Part shown: positions 26,741-38,161 of the stretch, piece after piece | Numbering within the stretch: the stretch's first letter is position 1 | Layout of the letters: every line of letters begins with the position of its first letter | Assembly: GCF_008831285.2 (NCBI RefSeq) | Contig: NC_045138.2 | Span: forward strand, 5,022,001-5,086,000 | Length of the DNA: 64,000 nt | Direction of reading: 5' to 3' | Source of the DNA: Nymphaea colorata | Lineage: Eukaryota | Translations under genes and position numbers: made by a program | Notes under the pieces: generated by a model | What the model was told of the DNA's origin: nothing | What the model saw: the letters and a program-made list of their open reading frames with translations, nothing else | Databases searched by the model: none

Positions 26741-27766
26741 CGTGCCTCTCAAGAATAGGGAGAAACGTATAACCGCCTAAGGTGGGACGGATTCTTCACT
26801 TGTTGTTCATTCGGTCACTTGTTTGCGTGGTTACCAGTTTGACGGCAGATTGTTTGGAACATGGGAGTCCCGCACAACCGGTCTTTCGCTGATCAAACGG
26901 CGCCCGTAACCAATCGTGGCGCCATATAGAAAAAGGGCGGGGGCTTCGCTCAATCGTCATCCCGAAAGATCGATGTCTTTCCCTTTTCTCTTTCCTTCCT
27001 GCCCGTGGTTTCCTTCTTAACCCAAAAAACCTTAACCCATGTCTCCCCATCTGTCCTCTCCTCGTCTCTTCTCCTCTGCTAGTGGAAGCCTTATCTGCAA
27101 GAAAACCCTAAATAATCTTCCTTCTCTGATATCTTGCTATTTTTATTTCTCTTTTGCAGGTTTACGCACGAAGTCCTAGCTTTCACCCTTCAAAAGCTCT
27201 TTCTTCTATCGAATCTCTCTCTCTCTCTCTCTCTATCTCTAGAGAGATAGTGAGCTACTTAAAGCTCTCTCTCTCTATCTCTAGAGAGAGATAGATTTCG
27301 ATAGAAGAAAGAGCTTTTGAAGGGTGAAAGCTAGGGCTTCGTGCATAAACCCGCAAAGGAAAAATGAAAATGGCAAGATATCAGAGAAGAGAGATTATTT
27401 AGGGTTTTCTTGCAGATAAGGCTTCCACTAGGAGAGGAGAAAAGAGGAGGAGAAGAGAGAGAGGGAGACACGGGTTAGGCTTTTCTGGGTTGAGAAGGAA
27501 ACCACGAACAAGAAGGAAAGAGAAAAGAAAAAGACATCGATCTTTCGGGATGACGAGGGAGCGAAGCCCCCGCCCTTTTTCTATATGGTGCCACGATTGG
27601 TTACGGGCCGCTTGATCAGTGAAAGACCAGCTGTGCGGAACTCCCATGTTTTGAACAATCTGACGTCGAACTGGGAACGACGCAAACACGTGACGAATGA
27701 ACAGCAAGTGAAGAATCCGTCCCACCTTAGGCGGTTATACGTTTCTCCCTGTTCTTGAGAGGCACG
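26741..27766. repeat. Long inverted repeat / foldback element, ~470-bp arms, non-coding
   Basis: 26741-27213 is the reverse complement of ~27297-27766, with about 43 substitutions and 2 indels by manual alignment (roughly 90%). The spacer is CT/GA microsatellite with small internal hairpins. Confidence 0.95.
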
Positions 27767-27945
27767 GGTTTAAGACGTGTTTGATATCAGCAGCAAGACT
27801 CTCGGCTTTTTGCACTCAGATAAGGCTTGACTCTCTGAGCATGACTATCCAGAAATTCAGAAATATGAATAAGGGCACTTTCCAGCCACGAAACCTAGTT
27901 GAATTTATGGGCCAATTCAGCATGCAGCGGATCTAATTTCAACGT

Positions 27946-28127
27946 TCCTTTGCCCCCCACCCCATTTGTGCCCGCCCCCCGGGGTTTTCACAGAGCTGCG
28001 TCGGGCCCTTTTACGGGCCAAGAAGTGGCGCACGCTGAGACCTGACAGTAGTCGCTCCAAAAACTCGAACCAATCCGTTAGAGAAGCAGGACCACTTTAC
28101 CGCTCAGTGCGCTACCACTCCTTGGGG
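27946..28127 (-). mobile_element. Candidate tRNA-derived SINE (5' part)
   Basis: On the minus strand, A-box-like TAGCGCACTGAGCGG (28100-28114) and B-box GGTTCGAGTTT (28061-28071). The body GTAAAAGGGCCC...GCTCTGTGAAAACCC...CGGGCACA...GGGGGGCAA recurs at 48091-48160. Confidence 0.55.
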
Positions 28128-28430
28128 TAGATTGTCATGTCTTAATTCATGGAGATAGAGATTTGAGAAGAACTTGACGTGGGAGAGCTAGTGGCATGTA
28201 CAAGCAGGAACTTGATGTGGGAGAGGTAGTGACGATCCAAATTCTGTTTCAATAATGCTCGGTAATGCCAAGCTTGATAAATACGTCGGTTGACTCCAAA
28301 GCTGATAGTCAATTTACATATTTAATGCAACCCAGCCAGCCCACCGGCGACGTCAGGTGGGAGCTGCCTGGTCTCTCCCTTGGTCTACCCATTGTGCGTA
28401 GGCGTAGAGGCAAGAGGATGAAAAACTTCT

Positions 28431-28792
28431 AGCGCTCAGTGTTATAATTGAGATTGATAAGTAAAATGATGGTGACGTGAGCTTGTTTTAAATGCTTGGC
28501 TGTTTATTTTTTGTATTCTAAAAACAAAGAGATATGTTTAAAGAAAGAGGGAGAACGAGATAGAGATTGTAAGAGGGAGAGAGTGTGCTTGATAAAATAG
28601 AGAGGGAGATAGTTTAAGAAGAAATCAAAGAAAGCACCAAAGAGAAATCAACGACAAATGAAGAGAGGAAGAAACATTTTAAAAGAGAGATCAAAGAGAG
28701 AGAAAGATAGACAAATTGAAGAGAGTGTGTGACTAATTAAAAAGGGAGAGAAAAAAATTGTGAAAGAGAAATTGAAAAGAGAGAAATCAAAG

Positions 28793-28823
<31 letters not shown>

Positions 28824-29151
28824 AGAGATAACAGATCTTGAGAGAAAAATCAAGAGAGATAAAGAGAGGCATAGAGATTTTAAGACAGAAAGGGAACAGA
28901 GATAGATGGATATTAATGAAAGAGAGAAAAAGAGATATAAAGAGAGAAATCGAAGAGAGAGATGGGGAGAGAGAGAGAGTTTTAAAAAGAATTGATAAAT
29001 CTAAGACATGGAGAGGGATATTAATTAAATCAATAGAGAAAGAGACTTTCTGAAGAGATAGACAGAATAATAAAAAAATGAAAAGAGAGTTTTTAAGAGA
29101 AAAAATCCAACAAAGATGGAAGAGGGAAAAAGAGATCAAGGAGGGAGCGCT
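28431..29151 (+). repeat. Purine-rich (GA/AAG) low-complexity repeat bounded by AGCGCTC...GAGCGCT
   Basis: About 600 bp of strongly A/G-biased plus strand with an internal (TA)n. Its 5' end is shared with 21960-22080. Confidence 0.7.
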
Positions 29152-29185
29152 CAACCATTTGATTTGCCTCATACCTTTCCATTAC

Positions 29186-30169
29186 TAGGGATGTACACGA
29201 GCCGAGTCAAGCTCACTCGAGCTTGACTCATATCTTGTTCAGCCCGAGCTCCATTTGAGTTGTACCAGGTTAGCTCGAGGTCAACCCGAGTCGACTGAGT
29301 CCGAGCTAGAATCATTTCATTTCCTTTAGCAACTCACCATTTGAACTTTATAACTTTTTTTTTTGTTGTTTTTTGGTAGCCGCCCTACACCAAAGTCGAT
29401 CTTTTAGGCTGATTCAGATCTGGAGTTGAATCAATTACCCAATTGCACTGATCCGAAAAATCGGATGTGAAAAAAAAAATTCAATTAAGAAATCAGATCG
29501 GATTTAAGAAATGGCATCCGACCAGATTCAGATTCGTATATACATAAAAACCTGAGCGGATTCGGATCGGTCAAACCTGAGTAGACCGAGTCCCATCTAG
29601 GTAGAAAGGAAAATGATAACCTACATTAAGTCAGCTTAGGGATGCCAATATATTGGATTTGAATTGAATATTTGATCGCTCCCATAAAAATCAGATGTTA
29701 AAAAAAATTAATATTTGATTAATAAATCAGATCAGATTTGAAAAATAACATCCGACCAGATTCAGATTCGGATATACATAAATACCGGACCAGATTCAGA
29801 CCAGATTTATTTTTAAACAAACTTCCTATAGCTAATGCTCTTATATTTTGAAAATTGAAAAAATTCAGTTCAAAATGTGGATTCGGATACGAATAAAGTC
29901 AGATAGGGATTATGAAATCGGATTTCAAATTCAAATTCGGATATGATTTTTCTTAATTCGTATTCAAATTCGAATTTCAATATGAATATCCAAAAAAGTG
30001 GATATGGTTAAGGGTGTTTCTAATTTGAATCTGATCCCATTGACAACCCCACCCGAGCTTAATCGAGTCAAGTTCATCAAGCTTGAGTTTTCAGTTAAGT
30101 TCGAGCTTGGCTCATTGACAAACGAGTTGAGCAGAGTTCGTGTTGAGGAAGTTAGAGTCACCAGCCCTA
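29186..30169. mobile_element. Nested hAT-type MITEs: GAGTCGAG-rich outer element and ATCCGA-rich inner element at ~29637-30050
   Basis: TAGGGATGTAC start at 29186 and CAGCCCTA end near 30169, with CGAG subterminal repeats on both sides of an inner TAGGGATGCCAAT...TTGACAACCCCA element. TSDs are unclear. Confidence 0.6.
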
Positions 30170-30779
30170 GATCATTAGTTATCCTAATCGGATTTAAGCA
30201 AGAGGTTCTCAAGTGCGCCGGTAGCTAGTGTCCCTCAATTTGGTTAAACCCAAGATCTGTATAAATTTTAGATTTTGGAAAATCTGATTCCACAAAGTCT
30301 TATAATTCGGTTTGGCCCTACCCGAATCCAGATGTCGAACTGCCGGCCCACCCCTGAAGAAAATCTTGGTTCCGCCCCTGCTTTTTTTTACGTTGATTTT
30401 AAACTAGTGAACGGGAAAAATAGAAGGAAATAATTTAAAAAAAAAAAGAAGAAAAAAAAAATGGAAGGAAAGTTCACCCTTGTGAATATAAAATCATCTG
30501 GTCGGCGGAGCCTTGGAGTCAACCGACGTCTGAGGAGCAGCTTCAGCAAGGTCTTCTCTTCTTCTTACCGCCGTAAAATTTCCTTGCGGTAAAATCTCTC
30601 TCTCTCTCTCTTGTTACCTCTATCTGTCGTGAGTAGAAGCCGTGTACCCACTGTGACCATGAGAAGAGGGAAGAGGGATACAGAGAAAATAAAGACAGCC
30701 CTTGCTTGTTACCTGCCTTTTACTTTAGCAGGCTAAAGGAGACAAACCATATTACACTAAAAAATAAGGGGAAAAAAAA

Positions 30780-31766
30780 CTCGTTCAAGAACTCATTCCA
30801 AGTGTCGGGCAGCCCGTGTAAGCACCAATGGATACAGTCGGCGTAAGTCTCAGGGTCGGCCTTCTACTCAGGGTTCAGAAGCTTGGCTTGTCGGATCGTG
30901 TAAATGGATGTATGTGCGTCTTTCCGGTACTTGGACAGGGTCATCAGGTTCACGAAGAACACTGGAACCTTCATTGAGAAGGTCACGTTCTTCGCCACCA
31001 CTAAGAGTCGCTGGTCCGTTCCCACCTCCAAATGTGAGATGTTCTTCGGGATCGGCGTGGTCTCCAGTACGCACTTGATCCGTTCAGGTTGAGCCAGTCC
31101 ATGCTCCTACAACATCCAACATTATTATTAACGGGAAAAGTTGCCGGCAATGCTAGCCGTGCCCCTCTAACGAACCAAACTTCTTTACAAATTAGTTTTC
31201 AAGAATATGTTACATTTTGGTGACAAAAACAGTTTGTTACAATTTGTTCTAAAGTTAGTGTATTTTTGTAAAACATTGTAATACAATATTTTATGAGTCC
31301 GCTTCATTCTTTAAAACAAATTTATGAAACCATTGGGAGTAGAAAAATGAGCGCTTAGGCCTCCAACACTTTTTAGCATATTTCATTTGGTTTAGCAACA
31401 CTGAAACAAGTAGTTTTAATTTGCAACTTAAGTCTTACAATAATAAATCAGAGAAGTGCTTACAGGGGCAAAGCAAAGGAGCCCCCTTAAAATTTTTGAA
31501 AAATAAGATGTTATATGTTAGAGAGAATTTACATGACACTTCAAAACCAGGTTTTTTGGAATATTTACATGCTCATAACCTAATTTTCTAAACTAGAGTA
31601 GAAAAGCCGATCCCCATTAGGTAAAAGTTCATATAAAACTAGATTCTGGGTGTACCACCCAAACAAATAAACAAATTTTGAAAACTCATTAGAAACCTTA
31701 GCTTTTCATAAAAAACTTTTCAAAATTTGTTTGGAACATGGTGTCATCCCTATGGCCTTTTGAAAC

Positions 31767-31797
<31 letters not shown>

Positions 31798-32757
31798 ATT
31801 TTATGCCTTATAAAAAAAAGCCCCTAAGGATGTCAATGAATCGGATTTAAATCCGATATATCCTTAATTATATATGCTATTTTGGATATTCATATATTCG
31901 GATTCAAATTCAGATTCGGATACGAATAAAGAAAAGTCATATCTGAATCCAAATCCGAATAGGAATCTGATTTTTATATTCATATTCAAATCCGAATCCC
32001 AATTTTGAAATGGATTTTATCAATTTTCAAAATATAATAGCATGAGATACAAGATAGTTGTCTAAAAATGAATCCGATCCAAATTCATGTCCATATCTGA
32101 TTGGATATTTATATATATATCCAAATCCGAACCAGATCGAATGCCATTTATTAAATCTGATTCCAATCTGATCCGATTTCTTAATCAAATATTAAACTTT
32201 TTCTATATTCAATCGAATATCTGATTCAAATTGACATCGTTAGTGGCCCATGTAAAAATATTTTCTAAAACTTTATTTGGTAGGTCTCGGACAGTACCAA
32301 CTCTCACATTATATATGGTAAAAAAAAGAAAAAGAGAGTTCCATGGAGAGGAGACATGCTGCAAAAGAAGACTTTGGTTCTTCGCTCCACTTTGACCAAA
32401 TCTTCAGCACCCTTTCATACGACACCGGCCTCTCGATCTCGTCATATTCCGTGGAGCCATTCTCGGCCGGTTCCGGCGAGAGAGAGATCAGTAAGAGGAA
32501 ACGAATATGAGTCACCCCCAGCAATTCCCTTCCTTATGAACTTCAATCCAAAAGCATAATAACTTACAAAACTTTCATCTTGAATGTGTTCATCCACCAG
32601 ATATATGTATTGAAGATCAAAACGTCAACTCCCCTCCAATTTTCCGCGTGTTTGGCGATCGATTCAGGCATTATAATCTGCTGTGCATCTTTGGGTGGCC
32701 GGAGTTGGATTCCACCAAGAAAGGCGGCCAATAGAACTCCACCGTTGCGTTATATTC
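30780..32757 (-). pseudogene. 5'-truncated ESKIMO1/TBL29-like (trichome birefringence-like, xylan O-acetyltransferase) pseudogene. Exon remnants 32757-32568, ~32462-32341, 31106-30780
   Basis: EYNATVEFYWPPFLVESNS..PKMHS/IIMPESIAKHAENWRGVDVLIFNTYIWWMNTFKMKVL; ENGSTEYDEIERPVSYERVLKIWSKW/RTKVFFCSMSPLH; KCVLETTP...[47 protein letters not shown] (DxxH motif). Three frameshifting deletions and a premature TAG at 30864-30866. No GDS-motif exons found upstream. Confidence 0.92.
31825..32242. mobile_element. hAT-type MITE (TAGGGATG family) inside the last intron of the TBL pseudogene
   Basis: TAAGGATGTCAAT...ATTGACATCGTTA. Collinear with 20574-20966. Confidence 0.75.
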
Positions 32758-33663
32758 CTGGATACCAAGATCAGTGACGTAATGATCAGGTAACACATAT
32801 ATATAATAACGAGCTATGCCCAATAATGTACTGAATAGTGCCAAAGCAACTTAGTTCAGAGAATCCTTTTCAGCATTAAATCGTTTACGGCGACCTCTAC
32901 TGACTCTTTGACTACGAAGTAGGTCTTTCTTCTAATTGAATGCCAACAGTACCTTGCATTCAGTGAGGGAAGTAATTGAATCATTCAAAAGTTAGAGATG
33001 TTAACGCCGATGTAAGTTAATTAGTTTGAAAATTATCCTGACCCATCCATTGGAGCTTGAATAATGACCAAGGGACCCGCATTCTCAGCACCCATTCATC
33101 GTTTTCTAGCTACACGATCATTCATACCCCCATTATAATTCCAATACAAATGTAAAAATAGGTACAAATTAGTAACCATACGAGTCCATAAACTCCGTTT
33201 GAGGATCTAATATGAAAAAAAAGAAAAAATCAATTGCTTGAGTTTCTTTTTAAGGAGCATAGCATAGTTGGTTCGGTCAAAAATGGTAGCCCTTTGTCGA
33301 GTTGACAATATCATTATTTCAACTATCAACTTCTTCCATAATGATATTTATATTTCTTATTATCGTCTTGTTCGGCTAATATATATATATATATATATTA
33401 AAACTACAAAAAAAATGACAGAAGTGAGTAGTTTACCTTTTATGTATAATAACACTATATTTTCAAATATTATGTCGTTTAGAAGTTTAAAATAATCTGC
33501 TGTACGAAAGTTGGCTTCTTTATTTGTGTCTTGTAATCATCATGAACATGCATAAGCAACTACACAAATGGGTACCAGAAGTTAAGGAAGTTAAAAAAGT
33601 TGGGGCAGGTCGACTACCCTTGAGTGGTCTCACCATGAACAATAAACAATAAAAAGGAACAGC

Positions 33664-34056
33664 TAGGAATGTTCCTCAAGTTGAGCCAACTCGGGCTCCG
33701 TTCGAACTGGCTCAGTTAAGCTTGACTTGAGCTCCACTTGTATGTTAAATGAGTCGAGTTCGAGCTTAAATGATAACTCAAGTTTGTAAATGAGTCGAGT
33801 TCGAGTTCGATAAACTCGACCCAATTAAACTTGTTTAACACTAATACTTATTTGTGTAATTTCAAAAACATAAAATGGCTTAAAAGAAAAATGTGAAAAT
33901 TTTAACATAAATATATATTAAGAAACACGAGCTTAAACAAATTGAGCTCAAGCTTGAACTCAGTTAAGCAAGTCAAGCTCAAGTTGAGCTATATATGAGT
34001 TGAGTCGAGTTTGAGCTGGTCCAGCTCTAGCTCGGCTTGCTCCTTGTACATCCCTA
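33664..34056. mobile_element. hAT-type MITE with GAGTCGAG/CGAGCT subterminal repeats
   Basis: TAGGAATGTTC...GTACATCCCTA terminal inverted repeats, AT-rich core. Confidence 0.7.
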
Positions 34057-35501
34057 TTAATAGCTTTTGACAAATTTCTGGTTTGGAATGCTACTGAGAG
34101 GTTCATTAGAAATCTGAAATTGTTGAAGAAACAACAAGATGACCTTCGTTTCAAATCTGGTATTCTTGCTTTAATTTTCTATAACTGCCAGATGATTGTG
34201 GATTATTGGTAATCAAATTAAAATTTGGTTTATCGGGTTTCACACGCTTTTTTGGGCAATAGGTTGGTTGCTGATTCGAGTGGCATGGGTGTCAGCACCA
34301 TAGGAAATGGGCCAATGGTTGGTCGCTGGTTCGAATGGCATGGGTGGCAAGCTCGGTCAAAGAACAAGTAAAAACATGCAAAACATCTTTTTTTTTTTAT
34401 GTTTTTTCAAAGAACCGACCTTTTTGCAGTTTTATGTTGGGCCTGTTGGGACACAAAACTCGAATTCGTATCCGGTCCACTTAAAAGAAAAAAAAAATAT
34501 CTTAAAATGTAAAATAAAAAATTTTAATATAAAATACATTTTTAATTATAAAGTATATATCAGTATTAAAATAAAAACAATATTAAATAACGTACTAAAT
34601 CGAACCGAGTTCCATAATAAAAATTATATTGAAATGACATACAAAAACAAATCATGCCCCATCAAAGCGACTCGGATCGACCGGTTACGTTATCAGGTAG
34701 GCTGGTTTTTTTGGGTCCAAATTGGAACCCAATCAGATCAAGTACCGAGTTCCGTCAAGTACTCGGCCCAGCCCGAACTGATATATTTATCACGCTTTTT
34801 AACACGTTTTTTAAATTATGTTTGTTGAAATAGGCTTCCAAGAATCTAATCTTTTTCCTGAAACTGTTGTTGGACTCCCAATTTCCAATTTTCTAATCTC
34901 ATTTCAAGATCAAAACCAACAAAATCAAATCAAGTCTCTCCAAATACCAAAACTACACTCAAATATCAAAACTTTAAACCCAAAGATGTTTTCAAAAATT
35001 CTGAATTGGTCGAGTTCCAACCATTCCAAACCCAAAATTTTAATCTTAAAGATCCGATTCTCAAAAATTTCAGCTTGACTTCAACTATTCAGTCCAATTT
35101 TTCCAAATTCAATTTTGGCTTCAAAACTGAATTCTGTTTGGAAGGCTTTCAAGAATTTTCAAGTCAAATTTCAAATCCAAGAATCCAAAATATATTTGAA
35201 ATTCTAAAAGTCTAGCCCAAACTTTCAATTTACAATTCCAAGATCCTAGTTTCAAAAACAAAGCTTCAATTACCCAATCCCCAATTCGATTCAAAATCCA
35301 ATAGTATGATTATCAATTTCCAAATCCAAATTCTAATTTTTTAGACAAAATCAAGGTTCAATTTCCAAAATCCATGATTAATTCAAAAATTTCATTCCAA
35401 GAATGATTTTCCAATCTTCAAAATTTTTGAAATACAAAAATATTTTGAATCAAATCCAATTCTTTGTTTAAAATGAACTTTAAAAGTCTGAAATCCAATC
35501 C

Positions 35502-35555
<54 letters not shown>

Positions 35556-36175
35556 AGCCCACACCATGGAAAGTGGGGTGCAAACAATAAGCTCATAGGT
35601 ATGTTCAACCCAATTTTTGTTGTTAAAAAAGGTCACATTTTTTAAACATATTTTTAAGAAGTAAAATCATGGTTTTTTAACTCCTCAAGCTTTAATGCAT
35701 TGCCAACCCTTGAATTTTGTATGCTAATTTTCAATTTTGTTTTTATACATTGGAACAGGGAAGAACGGAGCAAGAACAAAGCTGTGTCTCTATCAGCTCT
35801 GTTTTCTTCTAATTGTAATAATCAATCAACAAAAACTCAGCAGGGTCTGAGTTAAAATCAATTGCAACCAGGAAAAAAAACACCAAATCCGATTACAGTC
35901 ACAAATGCCATTGATAGGAGTGAAGAAATACAGAAATAGACATTTATGAAAGAAATGCAAAACATTATTCCAAGAAATTACACGCAAGAATCAAATCAAT
36001 GAAGAAAACGACGAAGAAATGAAGAGTCTCATGATGATTGGAGAAGGAAATAAAATCCAGAACTCCCTTCCATGTCTAGAATTCCACACAAGGAATATTT
36101 TCGATTTTCCTCTCCATTCTTCCTCTACATTCACTTGTTCGAAACTCCAGGGAGAGGATCGTTGATCTTTCGGCG

Positions 36176-36495
36176 GTGGGCATCGGGCTGGGCCGTCGAG
36201 ACTCGGGCCTGGCAACCCAAAATTTGGGCCAGGGTCCAGGTCCAATATTCGAGTATCGGGCTCAGGCCAGGGCCCAGTCAGGCCCAGTTATAATAAAAAA
36301 TGATTTTTAAATTATAAAATATTTTTTTTGAATATAAATTGTATTTAAATAATAAAATATGTATTATTAAATTAAAATAATAACAAAGTTTTTTTTTAAT
36401 ATCAACTGGCCGGGCCGGGCCCCGTCGGGCTGACCCAGTGGGCCCGGGCCCAAACCTAGGCCAGGTTTTTCGCTGGTGGCCCGGCCCGTCCAAGG
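36176..36495. mobile_element. GGGCC/GGCCC-rich MITE-like element
   Basis: GC-rich GGGCC arrays at both ends around an AT-rich core. Ends are approximate. Confidence 0.55.
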
Positions 36496-36977
36496 TGAAC
36501 TCGCAGATTTTCTGATCTCCAATCGCTGGTATCTAGACCTTAAAAAAAATAAAAATAAAACTTTACATGTAAACTTTTAAAATTAAAAAATAACATTTTT
36601 GTTGTTGTTAAAATTTTGAAACTACAATTCGGCCCCTCATGAAAAATTCTTGACTCTGCCCCTACTGGTATCTTTGATGGCGACAAAGAAATCAGGAAAA
36701 GACAAACGCGAGGAAAAAACATGGCCGATAAAGTAACTAACAGAGAGCATGAGAAGCAAAAAGTGAAAGGGCGAGAGTGCCCGTAGTGGGTACTTGAAAA
36801 GGTGCACTTGATTAAAAGCTGTACCATTGAATAATTTTTCCCATATAGATTTGTCTTTTACGTTTAGTTTGATCTTGAAAAAGCCTTTTAACTGGTAATT
36901 TGTTTACAGAAAATTGTTTCGAAGAATCACTAGAATGGGAGCCATTGTCTCCATTTTAGTTATGAGGCATGTGTGAT

Positions 36978-37172
36978 CAGTGGCGGAGCAAGGAATTTTT
37001 TGTCTTATGGGCCAAATTATAATTTCAAAATTTTAACAGGGACCGAAATAGAAATTTTTAAATTTTTTATATATATTAAACTAAATTTTTTTAGATTTAC
37101 ATATAAATTTTTAAAGTTTTTAAAATCTGAGGAGCGACCAAGGCCCCTGCCGACCCCCTTCCTCTGCCCCTG
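36978..37172. mobile_element. hAT-type MITE, CAG(G/T)GGCGGAGC TIR family
   Basis: CAGTGGCGGAGC / CCTCTGCCCCTG flanked by a perfect 8-bp TSD, TGTGTGAT. Confidence 0.85.
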
Positions 37173-37969
37173 TGTGTGATGGAATGGAATGAAGATTCTA
37201 GGATGAGCGTTCTGGTGTTTGATGAAAGAAAATGAGCTTAGTGCTCGGGCGAACCCTCCCCCTCTCCCCCACCACCTTAACTCCTTGATTCAAAAAAATT
37301 AAAAATTTATATGTATATTTCAAAAATTTTACTTTAGGCCTAAGTGAAAATTTTGAAAAATTCTATTTTGGCACTTGTTAAAATTTTGAAACTATAATTT
37401 GGCACTTGCAACAAAACATTCCTGTAAAGGAGTCGCACTAACCTTGTAAAGGAGTGGCACTAACCTTATAGAGCTCAACTCGACCCTAACTGTTAATAAT
37501 GTTTGTTGCAACTGCTGGGGCTTGATTTGTGAAACAATGACACTAATGTTTGTTAATTTAGTTCTAATGATATGCAATTCCTCACATAACCTTGAAAATA
37601 GTGGGGCGCGATTTTATTCTGTAAATTTTAATTCTAAAAATATGCAAATTTTTTCTTCTTTTTTTTCACTTTTGAAAGAGCAACCCTCGGTCATCGGGAC
37701 CAAATGAGGGGTCATGTCCCTTTCTTGGGTTTTAAAAAAATCAAAAGCTTACTTATAAATTTTAAATAGTTTAGTTTATCCTACATAAAAAAAAATTAAA
37801 ATTAAATTTTGGGTCCTGTTAAAATTTTGAAACTATGGTTTTGTTTCTGCAACGAAAAATTCCCATTCCCAACCTCATCTTTGAGATCAGCAACTCTCTA
37901 CCTACAGCTGAGGGTTAAAAAAAGCTTTATGTCCTTTGTTCTACATAGCAGCTAATTCAGGGTTGTATG

Positions 37970-38161
37970 CAGGGGCGGAGCCAGGATTTTTTTTAGGGTC
38001 GGGCCAAGACGATTTGCGGGTCGGGCCAAGAGGAGCGATCGGTCAGGCCAAACTAAAAAAAATTTGATTTTTTCAATATAAAAAAAATTTCTGGGCTCAC
38101 CCGGGCCATGGCCCGGGCGGCACCCCCCACCCCCCCCCCCCCCCCCCCCCCTCCGCCCCTG
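37970..38161. mobile_element. hAT-type MITE, CAGGGGCGGAG TIR family, with poly-C tract
   Basis: CAGGGGCGGAG / CTCCGCCCCTG. TSD GTTGTATG/GTTGTACG. A sister copy lies at ~57117-57275. Confidence 0.88.

Noticed and set aside
26741..27766. G:U bias suggesting selection on a plus-strand RNA hairpin, and a miR156-like word (GATAGAAGAAAGAGC)
   Set aside because: A manual count over the outer ~290 bp gave about equal G:U (9) and A:C (10) pairs, so there is no strand bias. The miR156 resemblance has too many mismatches.
28040..28127. Functional tRNA gene
   Set aside because: A/B-like boxes are present but no canonical cloverleaf could be built. Treated as a SINE head.
28816..29172. ORFs rich in R/E/K or L/S/F
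   Set aside because: Translations of the GA low-complexity tract.
34307..34828. 173-aa plus-strand ORF
   Set aside because: It runs through an AT-rich MITE-like core, has biased K/N/I composition, and shows no domain.
36495..36540. Possible remnant of a TBL 5' exon (…YQR/WR…)
   Set aside because: Too short and needs a frameshift, so it is consistent with chance.
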